Source: Alphaproteobacteria bacterium
Lineage (GTDB): Bacteria > Pseudomonadota > Alphaproteobacteria > MPNO01 > UBA830
Assembly (NCBI GenBank): GCA_038131485.1
Contig: JAYPPO010000002.1
Span: 710,908-774,907 of the forward strand
Direction of reading: 5' to 3'
DNA: 64,000 nt
Shown here: positions 18,886-27,670 of the stretch, piece after piece
How the letters are laid out: each line of letters opens with the position of its first letter
How positions within the stretch are numbered: the stretch's first letter is position 1
Position numbers and translations under genes: made by a program
The notes under the pieces: generated by a model
The model's database searches: none
Seen by the model: only the letters and a program-made list of their open reading frames with translations
What the model was told of the DNA's origin: nothing

Positions 18886-18912
18886 TCCACGAGTGACTCA
18901 CTCGTTTGTGAC

Positions 18913-19989
18913 TCACTCGGCCGCTGCCTGGCTTGGGTTGACGAATTTCGGCATCACCTTTTCCGAGAACAGCCGCATCGAGCGTTCCGCGACGGCGACA
19001 GGCGTGACGTGCGGCATAACGTGTAGCGAGGCGACCTCGAACCCGCCCAGCTGGCGGTCGTAATCGGTGATCATCTCTGACACCTCGTCAGGAGTTCCGG
19101 TCCAGCAGATACCGCGCTCGAGTTGCGCATCGAAATTGTCGTTCTTTAGCTGCGTGATCATCTTGTCGTAGTTGCGATAGGCCTTGGTGCTAGCGCCCTC
19201 CAGCCAGCCAGAAGCGGCATCGACGAGCCTTTCGAGATAGGCGTCGAGTGGCAGGCGGAAGGTGTCGCGCGCAGCCTTGCCATCCTCAGCGACATGCATC
19301 GAGAACGACAGCATCACCCGGCCGTTCCCGGGATGGCCGGCGGACCGCCAGGTTTCGCGGTAGAGCCCAATCAGCTCTGCCATCGTGCCGCCGCCCATCG
19401 GAATGCCCATGATGTTGAAGCCATTGCGGCCAGCGAACTCGAAGGACTCGGCAGAGCTCATCGCCGCGACCCAGATCGGCGGATGCGGCGTCTGAACCGG
19501 ACGCGGCAGCGATGTTACGTTTTCGAAGCTGAAGAAGCGGCCAGCGTGCGTCGCTTTTTTTTCCGATAGCAGCAGGCGGATCTGCTCGACTCCTTCCTCG
19601 TAACGCTCGCGGCTCTCATCGATCGGGATACCGAAGGTCTCGAACTCGTTGGGAAGAAACGCGCGTGCAAAGCCGCATTCGGCACGGCCCTGCGCGATGC
19701 CGTCGAGCATGCCAAGCTCTCCCGCGACCTTCAGCGGATTGTTGAAGACGGGAAGGACCGCGCCGGTAATCATTTTCGCCTTGGCCGAGCGCTGTGCCGC
19801 GGCGGCGAGAAAGACGACTGGGTTGGGGCTATAGCCGCCATAGGGATGGAAATAATGTTCGACCGTGCGCACGTGCGTGTAGCCAAGCTGGTCCATCAGG
19901 CCGCAGAGGTACAGCGCGTCCGACCAGTAGGCCTCTGCCGACTTGTCTTCCGGCCCGCAGCTCGGAAAGAAATTCAGCCCGAATTCCAT
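18913..19989 (-). CDS. LLM class (luciferase-like) flavin-dependent oxidoreductase
   Basis: Track ORF 18913..20058 trimmed to ATG 19989 (MEFGLNFFPSCGPEDKS...). Luciferase-like monooxygenase character. Confidence 0.85.
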   Translation of the reverse strand: MEFGLNFFPSCGPEDKSAEAYWSDALYLCGLMDQLGYTHVRTVEHYFHPYGGYSPNPVVFLAAAAQRSAKAKMITGAVLPVFNNPLKVAGELGMLDGIAQGRAECGFARAFLPNEFETFGIPIDESRERYEEGVEQIRLLLSEKKATHAGRFFSFENVTSLPRPVQTPHPPIWVAAMSSAESFEFAGRNGFNIMGIPMGGGTMAELIGLYRETWRSAGHPGNGRVMLSFSMHVAEDGKAARDTFRLPLDAYLERLVDAASGWLEGASTKAYRNYDKMITQLKNDNFDAQLERGICWTGTPDEVSEMITDYDRQLGGFEVASLHVMPHVTPVAVAERSMRLFSEKVMPKFVNPSQAAAE

Positions 19990-20134
19990 CGTTTTTCCTA
20001 TCCGCTTTTCGATTTGCGCCACTCTAGCGCGTGGTAGCGTCAAAGCGCGAGTCGTCACCGCCGTTTGCGCCCGTCGCGCTGCGGGGCTACGCTTTCTGGT
20101 CCTTTTTTATGCGATCCGGATGGAGCAAGAGGTC

Positions 20135-21013
20135 ATGTACGACTTTACTTTCGGCGAAATCAGCGTGACCCGCATCGTCGAGATGGAAATGCCCATGCTC
20201 AGCGCGACTGAGTTCTTTCCTGACTGGAGCGAGGATGCGATCGCGCCGCATCAGGACTGGATGATCCCGCGGCATTTCGACCCCATTAGCGGCCGCGTCG
20301 TAATCAACATCCAGGCTTTCTTAATACGTACCCCTCATTACACGATTCTCGTCGATACCTGCGTCGGCAATCACAAGTCGCGCGCTCGCGAAATGTTCGA
20401 CGGCAAGGTGTTCCCGTGGATGGATAACTTCCTCGCCGCCGGGGTGATACCGGAGGACATCGATTTCGTGCTTTGCACCCATATGCATGTTGATCATGTC
20501 GGCTGGAACACGAAGCTGGAAGATGACCGTTGGGTACCGACATTTCCGAATGCGAAATACATCTTCGCGAAGACCGAGCTGGATTTTTGGATGCAGCAAT
20601 CCGAACAGAACCTGATGACGCGGACTGGCGACTATTTTGCCGACAGCGTTATGCCAATCCTCGAGGCGAAGCGTGAGCTGGTCGTCGACGTTGACTACGA
20701 GATTGAAAACGGCCTGACACTGCAGCCGTTACCGGGCCACACCCCCGGCATGGTCGGATTGCACGTAGCGTCTGGCGGCCGGGAGGCAGTGCTGTGCGGC
20801 GACATGATGCACCACATGATCCAGTGTCATATACCGGACTGGAGCACGATCGCCTGCGCCGACATGGCGGTGGCGCGCGAGACGCGCCGGGCGTTCCTCG
20901 ACCGCTACGCAGATACGGACGTCACGATCTTGCCATCCCACTTCCCGAACCCGACTGCCGGCTTCGTGGTGCCGTCGGGCGATACGTTCGGGTTCCGGTA
21001 CGTCAACGAATAG
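20135..21013 (+). CDS. MBL-fold metallo-hydrolase (lactonase-like)
   Basis: Trimmed to ATG 20135 (MYDFTFGEISVTRIVEM...), with AAGAGG 5 nt upstream. HxHxDH motif CTHMHVDHVGW. ATG 20120 is an alternative start. Confidence 0.8.
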   Translation: MYDFTFGEISVTRIVEMEMPMLSATEFFPDWSEDAIAPHQDWMIPRHFDPISGRVVINIQAFLIRTPHYTILVDTCVGNHKSRAREMFDGKVFPWMDNFLAAGVIPEDIDFVLCTHMHVDHVGWNTKLEDDRWVPTFPNAKYIFAKTELDFWMQQSEQNLMTRTGDYFADSVMPILEAKRELVVDVDYEIENGLTLQPLPGHTPGMVGLHVASGGREAVLCGDMMHHMIQCHIPDWSTIACADMAVARETRRAFLDRYADTDVTILPSHFPNPTAGFVVPSGDTFGFRYVNE

Positions 21014-21184
21014 AAACCGGAGGCCAGAGCGAGGTGGGCTTTGGGTGCCGCACCGGTCTTGCCCTCAGTTCCCAAAATGGAATTCCGCGTTGTGACGGCG
21101 CAGCAACGACGCCTTCGAGGCGAGCAAGCTACAGATGTGCGGGATGTCTTAATTCAAGAAGTCTCAGGTTAGCTAACGCGTGCG

Positions 21185-21213
21185 TTGACAGAACCTGGGA
21201 CAGCCATTACGTT
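21185..21213 (+). promoter_or_regulatory. possible sigma70-type promoter for rpmJ
   Basis: TTGACA at 21185-21190, a 17-nt spacer, then the weak -10 TACGTT. About 85 nt upstream of rpmJ. Confidence 0.3.
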
Positions 21214-21298
21214 CCGACGCCCAATTCGGCGATTGGTCGCCGCTTTTCGGATGTCCGCATTGCAGGCGCTGCAGGCAGTGCAAGAAGAGGTCGACAGG

Positions 21299-21424
21299 AT
21301 GAAAATCGTCAACTCGCTCAAATCGGTCAAAAAGCGCGACCGCTTTTGCCGCGTCATTCGCCGTCGTGGCCGGACCTATGTGATTAACAAGCGCAACCCG
21401 CGTTTCAAAGCCCGCCAGGGCTGA
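21299..21424 (+). CDS. rpmJ: 50S ribosomal protein L36 (bL36)
   Basis: The internal ATG of track ORF 21185..21424 gives [41 protein letters not shown] (41 aa), the alphaproteobacterial L36 pattern. Confidence 0.9.
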   Translation: MKIVNSLKSVKKRDRFCRVIRRRGRTYVINKRNPRFKARQG

Positions 21425-21450
21425 GATTTCCTTCCGCGAGGAAGACAGCG

Positions 21451-21479
21451 CCGCGCCCCTCCGGGCGCGGTTTTTGTTT
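21451..21479 (+). terminator. Rho-independent terminator after rpmJ
   Basis: CCGCGCCC-ctcc-GGGCGCGG hairpin followed by TTTTTGTTT. Confidence 0.75.
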
Positions 21480-21568
21480 GCGCCCCCCCCCAGGCGCGTT
21501 TTCCCACCCTTCGAATTCCAGTAAACTGCGCTCCGAACACGGGGTTTAACCGTTCAGGATCTGGCGCT

Positions 21569-23056
21569 ATGCGCATGCCCGAACCGGACAGAGAAGTTTT
21601 GGCGCGCCGCAGCGATATCGTCGCTGCGCTGCGTCGCATCGTGCCCGGCGAAGGCGTCATCGCCGAGGAAGAAGAGCTTCGCGCCTACGAGTGCGATGGG
21701 CTTACCGCTTATCGTCAGCTGCCGATGATCGTCGTCCTTCCGGAGACGGTAGAGGAGGTCTCAGCGGTTCTGAAATATTGTCGCGACGCTGGCGTGAAGG
21801 TCGTACCGCGCGGGGCGGGAACCTCGCTGTCCGGCGGCGCGCTGCCGCTTGAGGACGGCATCACGCTCGGGCTCGGCAAATTCAACCGCATCCTCGATAT
21901 CGACTATGAGAACCGGTGCGTGACCGCGCAGCCCGGAGTAACAAACCTGGCGGTCACCATCGCCGTCGAGGGCGACGGGTTCTATTACGCGCCGGATCCA
22001 TCAAGCCAAATTGCGTGCACCATCGGCGGCAACGTCGCTGAGAACTCGGGCGGTGTGCACTGCCTCAAATACGGGCTGACCGCGAATAACCTGATGGGCG
22101 TTGAAATGGTGCTGATGACCGGCGAGGTCGTGCGGCTCGGCGGAAAGCATTTGGATAGCGCGGGTTACGACCTGATGGGCGTCGTGACGGGCTCTGAAGG
22201 GCTGCTCGGCGTCATCACCGAGGTCACGGTTCGTATCTTGCCCAAACCGCCCACCGCGCAGGCGCTGCTGCTTGGTTTCCCCTTGAGCGAGAGCGCCGGC
22301 GATTGTGTTGCCGCGATCATCGGCGCGGGCATCATTCCGGGTGGAATGGAAATGATGGATCGGCCGGCGATCCATGCGGCGGAGGCATTTGTGAATGCCG
22401 GATATCCTCTCGATGCCGAAGCGCTGCTGATCGTCGAGCTCGACGGGCCAAAGATTGAGGTTGACGACCTGATCGGGCGCGTCGACGCCATCGCCCGACA
22501 AAATGGCGCGCAGTCGGTACGTATCAGCGAGAGCGAGGCGGAGCGCAACGCCTTCTGGGCCGGGCGCAAGGCAGCGTTCCCGGCGGTCGGTCGCATTTCG
22601 CCCGACTACTACTGCATGGACGGAACGATCCCGCGTCACCGGCTAGCGGAGGTGTTGACGCGGATGGGCGAGCTGTCGAACGCCTATGGCCTCCGCGTCG
22701 CCAATGTCTTCCATGCGGGCGACGGAAACTTGCATCCGCTGATACTCTATGATGCCAACTTGCCCGGCGAGCTCGACAAGGCTGAAGCATTCGGCGCAGA
22801 TATCCTCAAGCTGTGCGTCGAGGTCGGCGGCGTGCTTACCGGTGAACATGGCGTTGGCGTCGAGAAGCGGGACCTGATGGGCGAAATGTTCGACGAGACC
22901 GACCTTGCGCATCAGCAGCGGGTCAAGTGCGCGTTCGACCCGACGCAGCAGCTTAACCCAGGCAAGGTCTTTCCGATGCTGCATCGCTGCGCCGAGCTCG
23001 GCCGGGTCCATATTCATTCGGGCCGGACCAGGTTCCCCAACCTGCCGCGCTTTTAA
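21569..23056 (+). CDS. glcD: glycolate oxidase subunit GlcD (FAD-linked oxidase)
   Basis: 495 aa. FAD-binding PCMH domain (VVPRGAGTSLSGG). Followed by glcE-like and glcF-like genes with gaps of only 3 and 2 nt. Confidence 0.85.
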   Translation: MRMPEPDREVLARRSDIVAALRRIVPGEGVIAEEEELRAYECDGLTAYRQLPMIVVLPETVEEVSAVLKYCRDAGVKVVPRGAGTSLSGGALPLEDGITLGLGKFNRILDIDYENRCVTAQPGVTNLAVTIAVEGDGFYYAPDPSSQIACTIGGNVAENSGGVHCLKYGLTANNLMGVEMVLMTGEVVRLGGKHLDSAGYDLMGVVTGSEGLLGVITEVTVRILPKPPTAQALLLGFPLSESAGDCVAAIIGAGIIPGGMEMMDRPAIHAAEAFVNAGYPLDAEALLIVELDGPKIEVDDLIGRVDAIARQNGAQSVRISESEAERNAFWAGRKAAFPAVGRISPDYYCMDGTIPRHRLAEVLTRMGELSNAYGLRVANVFHAGDGNLHPLILYDANLPGELDKAEAFGADILKLCVEVGGVLTGEHGVGVEKRDLMGEMFDETDLAHQQRVKCAFDPTQQLNPGKVFPMLHRCAELGRVHIHSGRTRFPNLPRF

Positions 23057-23059
23057 GCC

Positions 23060-24292
23060 ATGATGGAAATTTTTGAGCCCGGATCTGCTGAGGAAGCATG
23101 CGCCATCGTCGCTGAAGCTTTGGCGAGCAAGACGCCGCTGGAGGTCCGGGGGACGGGATCGAAACGCGCTCTAGGTCGGCCGCTCGAAACTGACTACGCG
23201 ATCTCCACGGCGGCGCTTTCGGGCGTGTCGCTGTACGAGCCCGAGGAGCTCGTCATGCGCGCGGGACCGGGGACGCCCATGGCCCAGTTGCGTCTGCAGC
23301 TCGACCAGAACGGCCAGATGCTCGCCTTCGAACCGCCCGACCTGGGCCTTCTGCTCGGCGGCGCGGCGGAAGAGGGCACCATCGGTGGCATCATCGCCGG
23401 CAACCTGTCGGGGCCGCGCCGGATCAAGGCGGGCGCGGCGCGCGATCATTTTCTCGGCGTCGAGGCGGTATCGGGCCGGGGTGAGATCTTCAAGTCGGGC
23501 GGCCGCGTCGTAAAGAACGTCACCGGCTACGATCTGTGCAAGCTGATGTGCGGCGCGTGGGGCACGCTGGCGGTAATGACCGATGTGACGCTCAAGGTGC
23601 TGCCAGCACCAGAGAAGACGCGCACAGTCCTGATCGCCTGCGACGATCCCGCCGAGGCGGTCCGCGCGTTGACGGCGTGCCTGTCGAGCCCCAACGACGT
23701 CTCTGGAGCGGCATGGCTACCAGCGGACGTCGCACGGGAATCGGCCGTCTCCTATGTCTCCGGTGCGGGGACAGGCCTCGTGGCGCTCCGAGTCGAAGGG
23801 ATCAGCGTTTCCGTGGATGCGCGCTGTGCGGCATTGCGCGAAGTCGGTTTTAGCTTCGGCCCGGTCGAGGAACTGCACACCCAAAATTCGCTCGTGCTGT
23901 GGCGCGCGTTGCGCGACGTACTCGCGTTTGCGGAATCCGGGAGGACGGTCTGGAAGCTCTCCGTTCCGCCGGCATCCGCGCCCGGCGTCATCACCGGTGT
24001 CCAGGATGCGGTCGATTGCCGGTTCTACGCCGACTGGGGCGGCGGGTTGCTGTGGATTGAGACGGACGGGGGAGACGATGCGGGCGCGAGCGTCGTCCGT
24101 GCTGCGGCGGGGGCCGCGGGCGGGCATGCGATGCTGGTCCGCGCTGAAGCCGACCTCCGCGCGCGCATCGGCGCTTTTCACCCGGAAGCGCCCAGCGTCG
24201 CTGCGCTAGCCCGCAACGTAAAGCAGGGTTTCGATCCGGAGAACATTCTCAATCCTGGGCGCATGTACTCGTCGGTCGCGGTGGACGTCTGA
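23060..24292 (+). CDS. glcE: glycolate oxidase FAD-binding subunit GlcE
   Basis: 410 aa. FAD-binding domain character. Positioned between glcD and glcF. Confidence 0.8.
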   Translation: MMEIFEPGSAEEACAIVAEALASKTPLEVRGTGSKRALGRPLETDYAISTAALSGVSLYEPEELVMRAGPGTPMAQLRLQLDQNGQMLAFEPPDLGLLLGGAAEEGTIGGIIAGNLSGPRRIKAGAARDHFLGVEAVSGRGEIFKSGGRVVKNVTGYDLCKLMCGAWGTLAVMTDVTLKVLPAPEKTRTVLIACDDPAEAVRALTACLSSPNDVSGAAWLPADVARESAVSYVSGAGTGLVALRVEGISVSVDARCAALREVGFSFGPVEELHTQNSLVLWRALRDVLAFAESGRTVWKLSVPPASAPGVITGVQDAVDCRFYADWGGGLLWIETDGGDDAGASVVRAAAGAAGGHAMLVRAEADLRARIGAFHPEAPSVAALARNVKQGFDPENILNPGRMYSSVAVDV

Positions 24293-24294
24293 GT

Positions 24295-25656
24295 ATGGAG
24301 ACGAACTTCACTGCCGAACAACTTGAAGATCCCGCGGTCGCAGCCTCTGAAGAGATTCTCCGCGCCTGCGTTCATTGCGGCTTCTGCACAGCGACCTGCC
24401 CGACCTATGCGCTTCTCGGGGACGAGCTCGATAGCCCGCGAGGGCGTATCTACCTGATCAAGGACATGCTGGAGAACGACAGGCCGGCGAGCGAAAGAAT
24501 CGTCCGCCATGTCGACCGTTGCCTGTCCTGCCTGTCCTGTATGACGACCTGTCCCTCGGGCGTGAACTACATGCATCTGGTTAACCACGCCCGAGTCCAT
24601 ATAGAACGCACCTACTGCCGGCCTGTCGCCGATAGGCTGGTGCGGGCAGTGCTTGCGCTCGTTCTTCCCTATCCGCGCCGGTTTCGCGCACTGATGCGCC
24701 TCACGCCGCTTGCCCGGCTCGCCTCGCCTGTCCTGCCGCGCCGGATACGGGCGATGCTGGGACTCTCGCCCGCCGCGCCTTTGGCCGATCCGCTGCCCAG
24801 GGGCCGCATAGTCTATCCCGCCGAGGGCAGGCGGCGATATCGGGTAGCGCTTCTCGCCGGCTGCGTGCAGCAGGTGCTGGAGGCACGGATCAACGAGGCG
24901 ACGATCCGGTTCCTCACGCGCCACGGTTGTGAGGTGGTGGTGGCCGACGGCTCGGGTTGCTGCGGCGCGCTCACCCATCATCTCGGAATGGAGGAACCCG
25001 CGCTCACGTCTGTGCGGGCAAACGTCCGAGCGTGGCAGGCCGAGCTGGATGGCGAGGGCCTCGATGCCATTGTGGTCAACACGTCGGGCTGCGGAACGAC
25101 GGTGAAGGATTACGGCTTTATGCTGCGCACCGACTCCGATCTCGCGATGGCTGCGGAACGGATTGCGACGCTAGCCCGAGATATATCGGAATTCGCTGAG
25201 ATGCTCGATCTTCCAGCGGGTACCGGCGCAGGCCTGGCCGTCACCTATCATGCTGCGTGCTCGCTGCAGCACGGCCAGAAGGTCACGGAAGCGCCCAAAC
25301 GTCTATTGGAGGCTGCGGGATTCGATGTGCGCTTGCCCGCCGAGGAACATTTGTGCTGCGGTTCCGCGGGCACTTACAACATGCTCCAGCCCGAGCTCGC
25401 TGGGCGCCTCCGCGCCAGAAAGGCGTCTAATATCGACCAAACGGCGCCTGATGTCGTCGCGACCGGCAACATCGGATGCATGATGCAGTTACAGGATGCG
25501 GTTTCGGCCCCGGTGGTCCATACGGTAGAATTGCTCGACTGGGCGACGGGCGGATCGCAGCCCGAACGGATTGCCGGTATTGCCCAGCGCGCCAAAAACC
25601 ATATGTTGAAGACAAAACGCGAAAACGGATGGAACCCGACGCCAAACATTTCCTAA
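24295..25656 (+). CDS. glcF: glycolate oxidase iron-sulfur subunit GlcF
   Basis: 453 aa. Two ferredoxin-type cluster motifs (CVHCGFCTATCP, CLSCLSCMTTCP) plus C-terminal cysteine-rich CCG-type repeats. Confidence 0.85.
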   Translation: METNFTAEQLEDPAVAASEEILRACVHCGFCTATCPTYALLGDELDSPRGRIYLIKDMLENDRPASERIVRHVDRCLSCLSCMTTCPSGVNYMHLVNHARVHIERTYCRPVADRLVRAVLALVLPYPRRFRALMRLTPLARLASPVLPRRIRAMLGLSPAAPLADPLPRGRIVYPAEGRRRYRVALLAGCVQQVLEARINEATIRFLTRHGCEVVVADGSGCCGALTHHLGMEEPALTSVRANVRAWQAELDGEGLDAIVVNTSGCGTTVKDYGFMLRTDSDLAMAAERIATLARDISEFAEMLDLPAGTGAGLAVTYHAACSLQHGQKVTEAPKRLLEAAGFDVRLPAEEHLCCGSAGTYNMLQPELAGRLRARKASNIDQTAPDVVATGNIGCMMQLQDAVSAPVVHTVELLDWATGGSQPERIAGIAQRAKNHMLKTKRENGWNPTPNIS

Positions 25657-26195
25657 GCTGGTTGGCCACAGCGGCGACACTCACCTTCACTGTACCGACG
25701 ATAGCTGGGCAGAACGACCCGCGTCTCGACGGGCTGTTCCAGTATCTGCAGACGGCGGAGACGGAGGAGGAGGCCCGACCGTTCGAACAGGCGATCTGGC
25801 AGTTGTGGCTGCTTTCAGGCAACGGTCAGGTCGATTCCAACATACTGCAAGGCCTGCAGGCCATGGGCACCGGCGACAACGAGAAGGCGCTCGCCTTCTT
25901 CGATAAGGTCATTAGGGCTCAGCCCGACTTCGCAGAAGGCTGGAATAAGCGGGCGACCGTTAACTATCTGCTCGGCCGCTACGATGACTCAGTTCAGGAC
26001 ATCCACAAGACGCTCGAACTGGAGCCCCGCCATTTCGGTGCTCTGTCGGGCCTTTGCCTGATCAATCTCGCGCTTACGCGTGACTACGAAGCGCTCAAGG
26101 CGTTCGAAGCGGCGTTGCGGATTTATCCGCACATGGCAGGCGCAGACGCACATATCGAAGCTCTGCGCGAAAAAGTTAGCGGCAAATGGATCTAA
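25629..26195 (+). CDS. secreted TPR-repeat protein
   Basis: Trimmed to ATG 25629 (MEPDAKHFLSWLATAATLTFTVPTIAG...). TPR-like repeats (AEGWNKRATVNYLLGRYDDSVQDIHKTLELEP). Overlaps the glcF end by 28 nt. Confidence 0.65.
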   Translation: MEPDAKHFLSWLATAATLTFTVPTIAGQNDPRLDGLFQYLQTAETEEEARPFEQAIWQLWLLSGNGQVDSNILQGLQAMGTGDNEKALAFFDKVIRAQPDFAEGWNKRATVNYLLGRYDDSVQDIHKTLELEPRHFGALSGLCLINLALTRDYEALKAFEAALRIYPHMAGADAHIEALREKVSGKWI

Positions 26196-26232
26196 CCCGG
26201 TCCGCTACGTGGTTCTCTGCTAGTCCTCCGCC

Positions 26233-27651
26233 CTAGTCCTTCACCCGGGCAATTCGGAGAATGTTGGTCGCGCCGGGCGTGCCGAACGGGACCCCCGCTG
26301 TTACAACCAGCCGCTGGCCCTTCTCGGCGAAGCCTTCGGCGACGGCGATCCGACAAGCCTTGTCGACCATGTCGGCGAAATTGCGGACGTCTTTAGTGAT
26401 CACCCCGTGCACGCCCCACGCGATGGAAAGCCGCCGTGCTGTCTGGCCGCTTTCCGTCAAGCACAGGATCGGCACTTTGGGGCGTTCGCGCGCCGCGCGC
26501 AGGGTCGTCGAGCCAGAAGTTGTATAGGTGACGATGGCGACAGCGCCGATGGTCTCCGCGACCTGGCGGGCGGCGGCGGTGATGGCGTCGGGCGCCGTGT
26601 TTTCGGGGTTCGGGTGAACGGCGTCCATGATCGCGCGATAGCTGTCGTCGCGTTCGACCCGCGCAATAATCCGGTCCATGATCGCGACTGCCTCGAACGG
26701 ATACTTGCCGGCGGCGGTCTCTGCAGACAGCATGACCGCGTCCGCGCCGTCATATACGGCGGTCGCAACGTCGGAGGCCTCGGCGCGCGTTGGTGCCGGA
26801 GCGTCGATCATTGACTCCAGCATCTGTGTGGCAACAATCACGGGCTTGCCCGCCTCGCGGCAGTGCCGGACAACCTGTTTCTGGATGCTCGGCACGTCCT
26901 CTGGAGGCATTTCGACGCCGAGGTCGCCGCGTGCGACCATGATTGCATCCGACAAAGAAACGATCTCGTCGAGCCGGTCGATGGCGGCGGGCTTTTCCAG
27001 TTTCGACAGGACTGCCGCGCGGCCCGCGATCAGCTTGCGCGCTTCCGCGACGTCTTCCGGCCGTTGCACGAACGACAGCGCGATCCAGTCGACCCCTGCC
27101 TTGAGGGCGAATTCTAGATCGGTATGGTCTTTTTTAGTCAGCGAGGCGAGCGGAAGGACAGCGTTCGGCACGTTGACGCCCTTGCGAGAAGTCAGACGTC
27201 CGCCGGCGAGCACGGTGGTCTTGGCGCGGTCCTTCTCGACGGAATCGACGCGCAGTCGGATCTTTCCGTCGTCGAGCAGGATGAGGGTCTCTTCCTTAAG
27301 CGCCGCGAAGATCTCGGGATGTGGCAAATAGGCGCGCCGAGCGTCGCCTTTTCCGTCGCCCAGTTCTAGCGTGACCGGCTCGCCCGCCGCGAGTTGCACG
27401 CCACCGTCGGGCATCGCGCCGATGCGAAGCTTGGGACCCTGCATATCGGCAAGCACGGAAATCGGGCGGCCATGGGACGTCTCGAGCGCGCGGATCGCAT
27501 CCACGTTGGCCTTGTGCCCGGCGTGATCGCCATGGCTGAAATTGAGGCGGAAGACGTCGGCGCCCGCCTCGAACAGTTTTGCGATCTTGTCGGCGCCGCT
27601 GGTCGCAGGTCCCAGCGTGGCGACGATCTTTGCTCGGCGGAGGCGTCTCAT
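26233..27651 (-). CDS. pyk: pyruvate kinase
   Basis: Trimmed to ATG 27651 (MRRLRRAKIVATLGPATS...). FRLNFSHG and MVARGDLGVE motifs. Confidence 0.9.
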   Translation of the reverse strand: MRRLRRAKIVATLGPATSGADKIAKLFEAGADVFRLNFSHGDHAGHKANVDAIRALETSHGRPISVLADMQGPKLRIGAMPDGGVQLAAGEPVTLELGDGKGDARRAYLPHPEIFAALKEETLILLDDGKIRLRVDSVEKDRAKTTVLAGGRLTSRKGVNVPNAVLPLASLTKKDHTDLEFALKAGVDWIALSFVQRPEDVAEARKLIAGRAAVLSKLEKPAAIDRLDEIVSLSDAIMVARGDLGVEMPPEDVPSIQKQVVRHCREAGKPVIVATQMLESMIDAPAPTRAEASDVATAVYDGADAVMLSAETAAGKYPFEAVAIMDRIIARVERDDSYRAIMDAVHPNPENTAPDAITAAARQVAETIGAVAIVTYTTSGSTTLRAARERPKVPILCLTESGQTARRLSIAWGVHGVITKDVRNFADMVDKACRIAVAEGFAEKGQRLVVTAGVPFGTPGATNILRIARVKD

Positions 27652-27670
27652 GACCCGTATATAGTCCAGC

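Noticed and set aside
21185-21298. N-terminal extension of the L36 ORF (79-aa version)
   Set aside because: L36 is about 41 aa in alphaproteobacteria. The internal ATG 21299 has an AG-rich SD, and the extension has no L36 similarity.
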